64,000 bases of DNA, taken from positions 165,001 through 229,000 of the forward strand of contig OZ287696.1 of NCBI GenBank assembly GCA_965649825.1, read 5' to 3'. The notes beneath the pieces were generated by a model. That model did not search any database, was not told the DNA's origin, and was given only the letters and a program-made list of their open reading frames with translations. The DNA is from Penicillus capitatus. Its lineage: Eukaryota > Plantae > Chlorophyta. Positions within the stretch are counted from its first letter, which is position 1, and each line of letters opens with the position of its first letter. Both the position numbers and the translations under genes were made by a program. Below, one piece after another: positions 26,314 through 37,916 of this stretch.

Positions 26314-28112
26314 ATGAAGACTTCTGTTTTGCTACTCCTGATTCTTGCATGTTCCGCATTGACGCACGTGCGTGCCGACAAACGAAACAAAGAAAATTCC
26401 TACCGGGGAACGCGAAAAAGTACGTCGAGGAGAGCGCGCGGCCGAAGAACGTCGTGCCAGAAAGGCCACGCCCGCGATGCCTCTTTCTTCTCGCTTTACA
26501 GCGACGGTTGCCTGTTTGAAATGGATAAACCGAACGCGCGCGTTTAGGGCACGACGCCTGTTGTGCTGTAAACTACTGGACGTTTCCTGTTGTTAGGTAA
26601 AAAGAAGACACAAGAGACATGCTTCTGCAGTGCATTGTTTGACCCCGTCTGCGGAAAGGACGGTCATACCTATGCCAATCTGGGCTGTGCCGCATGCACT
26701 GATACAGAAGTGGACTGTGCTGGATTGTGCCCCTGCAATAGAGCAACTGTTTGCTCATGTCTCGAAACATATGATCCAGTCTGTGGCTGGGATGACAAGG
26801 ACTATCCGAGTCCATGCGAGGCGGGATGTGCCGGAGCGGGTGTCGCCTGTAAGGGCAAATGCCCATGCCGAGGACAACAGGACCCCGATACCTGTGTCTG
26901 CCAAGAGATATATGCCCCTGTGTGCTCCACTGAAGGGGAGACATTCGAAAATGAATGTCGGGCCAAGTGTGCCGGTGCTGCAATCGAGTGTGATCGAAAG
27001 TGCCCCTGCAAGAAAGGTGCGGCAGTTGAGATGTGGATGACTCGGATTTCATGCGTGGATGCTGCTTAGCCTGTGCTCAAGTGCAATGCCTTATGGATCC
27101 CTGCGACGGGGCGACGTGTCCTGGGCATCCAAAAGCGAAATGCATCGCCGATTATTGTGGAGGATGCAACAAAAACTTCTACGTTGATGGAAAAATCGTC
27201 GACTGCGGTAGGCAATCATCACAGCACGCGTTTGTGGAATGTCACTCTATGGATTCTTTGCAGCAGACGATCAAGATCCAGGATGCGTCTGTCCCCAAAA
27301 CGCTGACCCCGTAAGTGTCTTTTCCGAGATCTAAACGTCATCGCGCTGTTCCAGGTCTGCGGTACTGACAATAAAGGATACAACAATGGCTGCTACGCAA
27401 AATGCGCAGGCGTAGAAGTCGCATGCAAGGGAACCTGTCCTTGCAGTACGTACTGCTGACGTCCCACTGTCAGAAAGCGTCAAGGACATATGTTATGTAG
27501 AATGCCAAGCGTCGACCATCAAATGCGCTGAGAATCCCTGCGACAAGGCCACGTGTCCCGCCTATCCCGAAGCAACATGCGTCCCCGACTACTGCAAGGG
27601 ATGCGATGCGGTGGATTTCAAAATCAACGATCGCATCGTGGACTGTGGTGCGTAACAGCACACTCTCGACAATACTCGCCAATCCTTAACGCTTTGTACG
27701 CTGCAGAGGACGCAGGTGGATGTGTCTGCACACAACAGTATGATCCCGTAAGCCTGCCTCGACGTCTGAACGGTGTGCAAGTTGAGTGAGGGGGCTTAGG
27801 TGTGCGGTGTCGACGGGAAGACATATGGAAATGCATGCACTGCGAGCTGCGGCAAAGTGGATGTCGCATGCGAAGGCGAATGTCCTTGCAAACCAAGTCC
27901 CTCATCTCTATCCTGCGTTAGAAGAGGAAAGCCATGCGACTGTTCTAGAGTGCAATGGTGTCATCGTTCAGTGCCTCATCAATCCTTGCGACAATGAGAA
28001 GTGTCCAGCCCATCCGACAGCAAACTGCCAGCCGAATTACTGCAACGAATGCCGTGCCGAGTTCTTTTTGAATGGGGCAAAAGTGGACTGCAGTAAGCCC
28101 ATTGTGCCTTAG
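26314..28112 (+). CDS. Secreted mosaic protein: 5 Kazal-type domains and 3 copies of another Cys-rich module, multi-exon
   Basis: Signal peptide MKTSVLLLLILACSALTHVRA. Kazal motifs are CSALFDPVCG, CLETYDPVCG, CQEIYAPVCS, CPQNADP/VCG and CTQQYDP/VCG. The module C..(D/N)PC....CP.(H/Y)P.A.C..(D/N)YC..C...F...G..VDC occurs three times. Confidence 0.85.
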
Positions 28113-30528
28113 ACGCTGCGCCGTCCTGATATGCCTTCTTCTGTGCTTTCAGATGCGACGCCCAGATGCAGCGAAAAGGTCAATCTCTGATCCAGTGACA
28201 ACTGTTCTGCCTCGAGCGTCTGCCGTGTGCTGTAGAAAGAGGAATGTGAGTTCGCTTATGGACTCTTCTCCAAGTACTCTGGAAGCAAGAAAGAGTGCTG
28301 CGGTGGTCTGCGTTGCTGTCGCTGCAATCCTGTCGAAAGAGGAATGTCGCTCTATTTCGACAATCGTGGAATATGTCTGTCAAACTGCGCTCAATGTGAA
28401 GGGTAGAATAACGTATGGATCCGTTTTTGCTCACTGCGTCTTTTCCTTGTTTATCTGCCAAAGTGAGCCGACCCACTTGAGAAAAACATTCCGATTATCA
28501 CCTCCGTGAATCTTTAAAGATCCGAAGACATTTGATTCATCTGTACTAACTAACTGACTGACGGGTTGGATGATGGATATCTTTACGCTTTGTTGGCTGA
28601 TTAGCTACGGATTGATGCGTTACCCCCACTGTCGCTGAAAGTTAGTGTAATTCCGTGAATCGCATTCAATTCAAACTAATAAGAATAACATCTAAGAGAA
28701 GGGTTTAGCCCACCGTATCATGAGGACCGTGATGCGTGGAGATCTGTTTGTGCTGCGACCTACCTGTTCGATCTCTTTTTGCGCGAATAAGAGAATTCAT
28801 TCGCTACGCGGCAAAGACCAGTTCCGAATGCTCTTCACGTCTTTAAGGGAGTTTTATGAAGAATTGAGTGATATGTTTCCTCCATGCGAATGCACAGACG
28901 GCACTGTTTCTCGTCGCCCTTGTTCTTCGGACAAAGCATCCGTGTAGGGCACATGGATCGTTAACGGAATCGATAAAGCGCCGCGTTTCAGCGCAGCCGT
29001 TCGTACTTCGTATGCATCGAAGTATGCTTGTGACGAGAATGCTTTCCATGACGATCGAGTGACAGACATCCAAGGAAGGTAGAACGACTCGCGAATGCAG
29101 CGCCTCGACAGGCAAATGCCAACAGGTTTTGTTCTGTTGATGGTCTGATTGTCTTGTACCTGACCTGACTGGCTTCTTGTCCATCATTCTCCGGACATAG
29201 AAACAACAGTCGACGATCACTCGGCTCATACAGATGCAACTGTTCACGGCAACATAGAGAAACTGAGGAAACTGCGCAAAAGGAAACCGGTATGAACTTA
29301 ATCGGTGTGCACGTTTACAAGCATGGATGTTTGGGAGTCCCGTTTTGGGAGTTTTAGAAGCGAGGATGAGAGGAGACGGTTGCCAAGCATCCGAATTGGA
29401 TGAGGATGAAAAATGTTCATCAAATAGATGCCTTCCGGAATCATGCCTAAGAACACGCCGAGCATTTCACCGCGAAAGGCAGGAAGGAGGTGATGGTGCA
29501 TACCACTTCGTTAATGATCTGGCCTTGACATCCCACGTCACATCAGCTTTATCTTGTCCAAATCCAAACACAACATTGCGAGGTCATTCATTCGTGATGC
29601 TAGAGCACACGTGGTCAGATCTTCCAGGATTCGATCCGTTCGCGTATCGACGCACGGACACGTTTCATCGTCAAAAGAATGCAGCAGCTAGGAATCTGTT
29701 CATCGCCGTCTTAATGATACGTTTTAACACATTCAGCGTTAGCACGATGGTATATAGATTAAAAGCCGGATTCGAGACAACAGTACGTAACTGATGAAGC
29801 CCCCCTCCGCTTTGTTGATTGATACCATCGTTGTGAAGCTAGAACGTTAAAGTCGAGATTTACCACGAGATCTTATAGCCTAGTGGCGCCATCTCAGTTG
29901 CTCGGTCTGAGTTGTCTGCGTCACGGCCACGGGTTCACAACAGAAGGAATTGGGCAAAACATAGAACAGTCAGCATCTAATGAACGACATGTCGTAAAAT
30001 TCACAACAGGACAAGGAAAAGACCTTTTGATAATGACCAGTTAGTTCACAGCACTTCAGCAAGAAGTTTGAACGAACGCTTGTTCTCTTCGTTGAGCACG
30101 AACATTGCACAAAGATAATTGTGTGTTTTACCCCAAACGCGTCCTACGACAGCTATCCCTGATGAAAAGCGTGGTAATCGCTTTCTTCACAGAAATGAAC
30201 TTGGATTCCAAGTCACGGATGAACATACAGTCAACCACTCAGAGTAACCTCCAAAGGGCAATGGTTGATCAAGTCATGCTAGAAACAGACGAGTTGTTTA
30301 TCCCTCGATCGAGAAGAGAACCTCGACAAAGCGAAAAATTGAGTGAGATACCTTCCTTTGCCGAACAATAATCGTGAATGGCCCACAATGAACGGGCTAT
30401 CCATTGACAACGAACAAAAAGATGCTTTCAAATGGTTGAAACCTTTATGGAAATACCCCGCCGTCGACGGTGTCTGTACATTTCGCCGTGCGATTTCCAA
30501 GGTATGTCCAGCGGGGGTTGATGACCTC

Positions 30529-31132
30529 TCAGTAACGGAATCGGCGTCTCTTGGCACCTACAGCCATATCGCGAACACCGTCGTCACCCCAGTAGTCTCC
30601 GTAATCACCGTCATCGTCGTCGTCATCGTCATCATCTGCGGCTTCGTTAGTTGTATCGTTTTCTGTATCCGTGCCGTTGGCTGGTGCACCATCCTCTTCA
30701 TCATCTGTAGTCGGCGTCGTGCTGGTATCAGGAGTACCCGGAGGGGCACTGGCAACCGGCGCATCGTCGCCGTCATCTGGATCCTCTGGACTGGGAGTTA
30801 CGGAACTGGGAGGCATCGGACTCGCCTCCTCCTCCTCCTCCTCATCATCATCACCATTCGCCTCAGAACCCGGAGTTGCTGGAGGGCTGGGAGATATAGT
30901 CGGAGTTGGGGAGGGGACAGTAGACGGAGTCGGAGTAGTCGGAGAACTGCTGGGAGACGGAGTCGGGGATCGGACAATCGGCGATCTGGTGGGAGATGGA
31001 CGCGGAGATCTGCTGGGAGACGGACGCGGAGATCTGCTGGGGCTAGCAGTAGGTGGACTTGGACTCAGAGTGCCATCGTCGCCAGGTGAGTGATCGTCGT
31101 CGTCGTCATCATCATCATCGTCATCGTCGTCG

Positions 31133-31166
<34 letters not shown>

Positions 31167-31665
31167 CATGCCTGTGTACGTGAACATGCTCGCCTAACTC
31201 GTCATCATCGTGCTTGTGCACGACGTGGACGTGTTCGCCGTCGTCGTCATCATCGTCGTCGTCGTCATCATCGTCATCGTCGTCGTCGTCGTCGTCGTCA
31301 TCGTCATGGTCATGGAAGAAGTGTCTGTGTTTCGTCAATGTGCCGTTTGTCTTGCGATTACTGGTTGTGACGTTTCTGAGTTCAGATGCTCTTTTAGTCC
31401 CACTGACTGCAACCACGGATACGTTCGTGCTAGCAGATGCTGTGAGCACATCATCTTCATCGTCGTCGTCATCATCGTCATCATCATCAACCGGTGTCTC
31501 GGCGGTGGCATTAACATCACCTTCTTTCAGTTGGCGTCCAACGATGCTCTTTGTCTCTGCGCGGCCTCGAAACACATCCAGCCACTTTCTGCCACGCACC
31601 GCTACATACACAAACGCAACTGTGATACCAAAAGACACAAAAGATCTTACGCCGAGCTGAAACAT
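30529..31665 (-). CDS. Secreted highly acidic protein with poly-Asp tracts, His-rich motifs and a Ser/Pro/Thr-rich linker
   Basis: An uninterrupted 378-aa ORF with a hydrophobic N-terminus (FVSFGITVAFVYVAVRG) and an RQLK motif. It has three poly-Asp runs (two longer than 20 D), HVHVVHKH and HVHVHRH motifs, SPSRSPRP repeats, an acidic tail and a basic end (KRRRFRY). Confidence 0.75.
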
Positions 31666-33392
31666 GAGAAAGAAACACGACGGCGAGAAAGAGAAGCACG
31701 ACGACGAGTCGGCGTCCGGGCATTATGCAATCGTCGGCAGCCAACACTGGCAGCCAAACAAATCTCTGTGCCGACTGCTTTAGAAACAAAACGCACAACT
31801 GCGTTAATTCTCGAAGACGGATAACAGATTGTAGAAATGGTCGATCCGCAATGAACACGAAAACGGAGAATAAAATTGCTCCTGCTGTGTCACCGAAATT
31901 GAATACCATGACGCGATTGCTATGGTGATGCCAGTTTCGTGACCACTGCTCTCCATGCATTCGAAGTGAGAACCTCTCTGGCTGATATGGTAGATTCACT
32001 GTCATGTCAGGGAATGTATCTGTGCGAAGGACACACTCTGCTTCACCTCCTTCACTGTCATGCTGCCTCGCACAATGCACACGGTAATTGCGGACGACAT
32101 GCGAAGGGTCTTCGTTTAAGAAGACATGTCCTTATGGTTTAAACTCGAAAAGAAGGTCACGCTCTTTGAGAAGGCAGCCGCCGCCGTACAAAAGAAGTTC
32201 TGTACTTGAACACCGTTTTACTCGTCCGAGCGTGCATGCATGCTTACTCCTAGGGTTGCTAGGAACGAGACAGGCGTCTGATCTCTGTTTTCTTTGTTGT
32301 GTTTACCGCCGCTACGTTCGTCTTCGAAAACGGCGGTCAAGAAGCGTCGAGCCGTTCATCATTTGCATTCGTTGTACGAAACTCCATGAAGGAATTCAGT
32401 CTTCTTCTGATTCTGAATCCATAACATCTGTTATGTCAGTAAAGGACCGCCGAAATTCTCGCAGTCCCTGACAGACAACATGGAAGACGCCAACCATTTT
32501 CGAAAGACGTTCACTCGACTGAAGAAAGGGCGTCTTTTATGTTCTCCCAGACTTTATCTCTTCGCTGAAATCGTTGATCTCTGATTGCCAAGTGGTTTGT
32601 TCCATTTCAATTACGCAACTGCTGTTTCTTGGCTGATGCCTCTCGGAGGAATGCGTTCTGTTCCCTTTAATGGGATCATGCTCCCCTACCTTTTATCTTC
32701 CAATCCGTGGATGCTGCTAATGCGCCACATTGTTAAGTCATCGAGAAAGATAAGACGTCGTCTCGTGCTCTAAAGAGGTAAAGACCTGCTAGATCTGATG
32801 TCATTTTAAGATATGTCGCTTGGAATTGCATTAAAAGCAAAAACAATCGTCGTCGTACTCTCTATTCGAAGATTAGCATAGTACAGTCAGTGACATTATG
32901 TTGCGACTTCCTATTCGCGGAAGATTTCGTGTGATGGGTAGCTCACATTTTGTGTAAGATCGATGTCTGTTGTCAGCGCGTTTTCATCAAGTATTGGATA
33001 GACGTCGGATGCTGTTGAGTGGATGTCATATTTCTGTCCGGGAAGAATTTCTCGACGATTATCGATAACGCGATAGTGGTTCCGCCAGAGGTATACTCGG
33101 AGTGAAAAACTACACATCTTCAGTTCAACTTTTGCGATAGGTCTTCGCGAGAATAATCAGGGAGCTGAATAATACGCGAATGCCTTAGTGTTTATCCCAC
33201 AAGGCAACAACAGCAAATGCCATTGTTGAAAGAATGCTAGCGCAGTGCTGCAATGATGCAAACAAATAAGCAAGTAAAGGCAACTCAGGAAAGTCCTGAT
33301 CAAGTTGTGCAACTGGTGATCTGTAAGAACACGACTCCTTCGGAGTCTTTGATGCGTTCTCACCAAGAATCATCTCTAATAAAAAATCGCAT

Positions 33393-34302
33393 CTAGTAGT
33401 CATCGCTTTCATCATCTTCGCCGTCTTCTTTCAAGAGTCTGCGGCGGTCATCATCATCATCATCTCCTTTGCCGTCTTCGGTCAGAAGTCTGCGGCGGTC
33501 ATCGCTTTCATCATCATTATCGCCGTCTCCGCCAAGGAGTCTGCGGCGGTCATCATCATCATCATCTCCTTTGCCGTCTTCGGTCAGGAGTCTGCGGCGG
33601 TCATCATCATCATCATCTCCTTTGCCGTCTTCGGTCAGGAGTCTGCGGCGGTCATCATCATCATCATCTCCTTTGCCGTCTTCGGTCAGGAGTCTGCGGC
33701 GGTCATCGCTTTCATCATCATTATCGCCGTCTCCGCCAAGGAGTCTGCGGCGGTCATCATCATCATCATCTCCTTTGCCGTCTTCGGTCAGGAGTCTGCG
33801 GCGGTCATCGCTTTCATCATCATTATCGCCGTCTTCGGTCAGGAGTCTGCGGCGGTCATCGCTTTCATCATCATTATCGCCGTCTCCGCTCAGGAGTCTG
33901 CGGCGGTCGTCATCATCACTACCATCATCTGGGCCTTCTTCTCCGCTCAGGAGTCTGCGGCGGTCGTCATCATCACTACCATCATCTGGGCCTTCTTCTC
34001 CGCTCAGGAGTCTGCGGCGGTCGTCATCATCACTACCATCATCTGGGCCTTCTTCTCCGCTCAGGAGTCTGCGGCGGTTGTCGTCACTTTCATCACCATC
34101 ATCATTATCGCCGTTTCCGCCAAGGAGTCTGCGGCGGGCGTCAAGATCTTTCACGCTGATGGACTCTTGTAACACTGTGCAAGGCGAAAAGTCAGCGCGA
34201 AAGAGGAATCTACACGATCTTACCTCTCGCGGTGACTTGGACTGAAAGAACGAGTCCGATAAGAATAACAAAGTTCAGGCGAAACGCAGCCATGGCAACC
34301 AT
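33393..34302 (-). CDS. Secreted polyprotein of 14 acidic peptides, each preceded by RRRLL
   Basis: Exon 1 (34302-34224) encodes the signal peptide MVAMAAFRLNFVILIGLVLSVQVTA. A 49-nt GT-AG intron (34175-34223) joins in phase to RVLQESISVKDLDA, followed by 14 RRRLL-acidic units ending KEDGEDDESDDY-TAG. Confidence 0.85.
33396..34136. repeat. Coding tandem array, 14 units of mostly 51 or 57 bp
   Basis: AG(G/A)AGTCTGCGGCGG recurs on the plus strand every 51-60 bp. Several units are identical, including synonymous positions. Confidence 0.97.
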
Positions 34303-36089
34303 CTTCGCTTGGCAACACTTAGTCTCGTAAGTTCAAGCAAAAGAAATCCTTCGAACAGCAAAAACAGCCGATCTTATAGTCCCTCTACAGCAAAGTCTGA
34401 AAAGACCGCTCGCTCACTATGTGGTTCTCCAGAGCCGTTGGATACTCCGGGAAGCTTTACTCATCCATGACTAACACACGTCCCATCCTTCGAAGCCTCC
34501 TGACCAACCGTTCGCTTTTAGCAGCTTCCCATCTCGCGCTGGTAGGAAGCAGCGACCTCGTCCACGCACGCGTTTTCTGCACGTACCTCCGTCTGTTGGG
34601 TTTTCCGAACCTCGAACCTCGCGTTTTTCTGCTTTCTGACTTTATAACTCTCTGACCTGTCCCATCTTCGCAGATCTACTGAGTGTACGTTCGAGCATGT
34701 TTCGTGTTTCTTTCTTCGCGTCACGAGGCGCTGCAAAGCAAGGCAGATTTCGTCGAACGCCACAAGCGGGCTGACCCGTGGCTGCTTAGTGCTCTCGGGC
34801 GCAACTTCTGCGGCTAGAAAAGCTGTCTTCTAAGATCTTGCCTCGACGAGGCCCGTTTATCTTCTACGAAACTTAAAAAGCGAGAAACTGCACGATGTTT
34901 TAAGACGATCGTGAGTCGGACTTCGGCGAAAACGAGGATCGCCGTCGTCCTTTGTAATATGATGCGTACGTTCCTTGGCCTGTACTGTCTCGCCGAGCAC
35001 TGCCGTAAAGTGGTGCACACGACGAGCCGCGTCTACGTTGCGTCGTGCTTTTTCGGAAACGCAGTGCGACTTCACTCTGCGTGCTGTTGCAGTTTTTCAT
35101 GTCCATGCGTCAAAAGCTGACACGAGATGTCGCAGAAGGCGCTTCCACGAAGCACGCCCCTTCGACCGTACAGCAGCAACGCTTAGACGAAAACTGAGGA
35201 GATGGCGACGTTTTACCTGTCCGTTAGGGTGGACACCGTTTTTCTTCCTTCCTGCCCGAAGTCCAAAAATAGAAGCTGAGAATTGCAGCCAGCCAAGCAA
35301 CATGTTGCAGTTTTCGCAGAATGAGGTATGTGGTGCGGGATCGATGACCAAGAATACCAAGCACCAGCCGATGGCGGCAAAGTTGAGTCATTCTTTCCAA
35401 ACGGCATGATGGAATGTGGACCTGTCCTTCGCCGAAAGCCTCTAGGACAGTGAGAAGGTTCACGATCACTATTACCAACGCAGGCAACACTGACATCCAT
35501 CACAGTCATCCTACTTCTGGCGAACCTCTCGTCTACTTTGCAGAATAACATACCGTGCTGCCGGAGTAGGAAGTTCTCCATGAGTCTGGATCTGCCATTT
35601 GACGCACGTCGAGTACGTGGAGGAGATGTGTCCCGCGTGGGGAGGGTGGAATCTGTAACACTTTTCAGCTGATCTATCGTATCCCTTGCCTACACAAGGG
35701 GTTTCTTTAGTCTGTGTCAGCAAGCTGCGGACCTGTAGTTTGATATGGCCGATGAGAACGTGGTCTACGATTGACACTGTCTACTACCTGAGCATGCATC
35801 TCAGACAGAATCCCTGAACTGTCGAGCACAAGTTTCAGTCTATCCAACAGAGAGTGAGACGGCACAAGTGACTCCGGAGAAGCCGGCTGCAGCTTTCGCT
35901 ACACGGTAAGCTCCACGCGAGAGGTAACGTCCGTATTCCAGAGGCATCATCGTAAAATCAAGTGTGCATTCGGAATATGGGATGCAGCTGTGTCGCACAG
36001 AGACAAATGCTCTCGGTAATCGTCACCCTTCCAAATGATACCTGGTTACAGTATTCGAAGCCAAAAGGCATTCGTCGCCAATCCAGTCC

Positions 36090-37506
36090 TCACTCTAGTT
36101 TGTTCCCGTTTCTTTTTCTCTCTCTAATAACAGCTGTGGCGTAACTGACGGAAGAATCCTCCGAAGTCAGGCATCTTGAGGACTGGTCGTAGAACAGGAA
36201 GGATATTTCAAAGTCCTTGGCACATCGTTGCATCATCTGCAGTCACGCGTCACTGTATGAAAGCAATTCTGAGGAGCGCACATTGAGTAGTATGCCAATG
36301 GGATAACGACCGCAGATGGTATTGCCAGTCTTCTGCAGATATTTCCTGAAGATCATCGGATCGCCCTAGAATCCGATATAACCGTCAGTTGTTCACAGAT
36401 GCGCAGAGAATCATCAAAGGGGACCGTCTTGATGGCGTCCATGCCTTCTCGATCCAACCATTCTATGTACTTCCAAATGGGTCCCTTCTTGGTAGCAGAG
36501 ACGCATTGGAGCACATGAAGGAATGGATCAGGAAAGGACCTGTCGTGCATCGTACGGTGTGTATCTGAAACGGCTCCCCCAATGGCAGAAATCCGAAGAA
36601 ATGACAAAGAGATTGGATGGGTCATTGAGATAGACAGCTAAAACATTTCCAAACATGGCCTCTCTGCATCAAATGAAAATGAGCTGTGAAAAAGATCATC
36701 CATGCGCCTACGTTTCGATGGAAAGGACGCCCACCACAATTGGAACGAGTTTGTAATCTTTGCCCCTGAAAAAAAGAGTCGCGATGGGACCGCACGGAGC
36801 TGCAGAGGCACGTACCTTAGTACGAACTCAATGTACGGAGTATGCAGTTCTAGGCTGTGTTCGGCCTAGAGGAGATACCATAAGCTGGAGATCGAGCAAA
36901 ACGATAGAATGACCTCGTCTATGTCTATGTCCATGACATCAAAGAGTTCGCTAGCCCTGAGAGCGTTGTAGACCTCCTTATCAATCTTCATGTCACCTAT
37001 GGACAGATATGACGCATATGTATGACAGGAGTGACAGTCTCAGTACCAAGTGGCGTCCTGTACGTTTCAGCCGACGATAGGACGCATCGATCCGTATAGT
37101 AATGATGAGATGGCCCAAGTAGGAAAACGCGATTTCTGAAAAACAAAGCACAAGATGCACCGATACGGCAGAGCACCTGCGGCGTACACTCTCGATTTGT
37201 CAATTCTGCTGTAGGCATGGGCCATGACATGACCACAGTAGGAGTATCCAGCGTGGCTGGCAGGCACAGATCGACAAAGAGTGATGGTAAGAGGGCACAG
37301 AAAACGGTGCGATGATGGCTTGGGCATGTGTCTCGTTTTCGCTCAATTCCACTTGGTCTATCCATGACTGTATATGACTCGCCAACTTGGAACCTTAAGA
37401 CCGTTGCTACGTTGGGCAAATTGAAGGCAACGTTGGCAAGGAGTCCATTACCACTCCGTTCGTACCAGCTCCCCGCGTGATGTGCTTTGCGAAACACCTT
37501 CGGCAT
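36090..37506 (-). CDS. MEMO1: MEMO1-family protein, multi-exon
   Basis: Motifs seen: [91 protein letters not shown]...DSSVSYA. Confidence 0.92.
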
Positions 37507-37916
37507 CGTCGAATCGTCGTCGCCGTCACTTCATGACGTAACGTATCGCTGATCTCATTGCATGGGAAGCAGCTTGCTATTGCACGGCGTTCTCTCTTTG
37601 GAACGAGCGATTCGACGCCAGAACAGTCACTTCTTAACAACACTGTTCAATGATCAAGAAACTCATAGATGGAGAGCAGCGACCCCTTATACATGAAGCA
37701 CTATTTACACATGCAGATTCGTCTGTGTGACATGAGTGACCTTCAGATGCAGCTATTCTGTAAGTTACGCCTCTTGCAGGGAGAGGACTTCTTCGGAAGA
37801 CACACTTCATACTTTAGCAATCGTCATTGCATTCGCCTCAGCGGAGTACATTGACTGACGAAGGAACAGAGCAACGCATTCCGCTGCATAGGAAACATGA
37901 CATCCATGTTCGAGAC

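Noticed and set aside
29870-29945. tRNA or SINE suggested by an A-box-like TAGCCTAGTGG and a GGGTTCACAAC
   Set aside because: No cloverleaf pairing can be built and the B-box is imperfect.
28120-30340. Short ORFs (e.g. 28843-29247, 29327-29794, 30105-30371) as genes
   Set aside because: They show no recognisable motifs and no consistent exon chain, so they are left unannotated.
30343-31824. Plus-strand ORFs rich in Arg/His, Val/Ile or Ser (30343-31089, 31053-31370, 31210-31824, 31214-31660)
   Set aside because: These are shadow frames of the GAT/GAC poly-Asp tracts on the minus strand, where a single ORF with a signal peptide explains the region.
31700-33390. Possible pseudogene or mobile-element relic in the AT-richer spacer
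   Set aside because: Fragments such as QLDQDFPELPLLAYLF look protein-like, but I could not tie them to any family or find termini.
33469-34245. 258-aa plus-strand Ser/Arg-rich ORF (RSLRRSSSSS repeats)
   Set aside because: It is the antisense shadow of the RRRLL polyprotein. The minus strand has the signal peptide and an in-phase intron.
34400-36050. Gene between the polyprotein and MEMO1
   Set aside because: There are many short overlapping ORFs on both strands, with no conserved motif or convincing exon chain.
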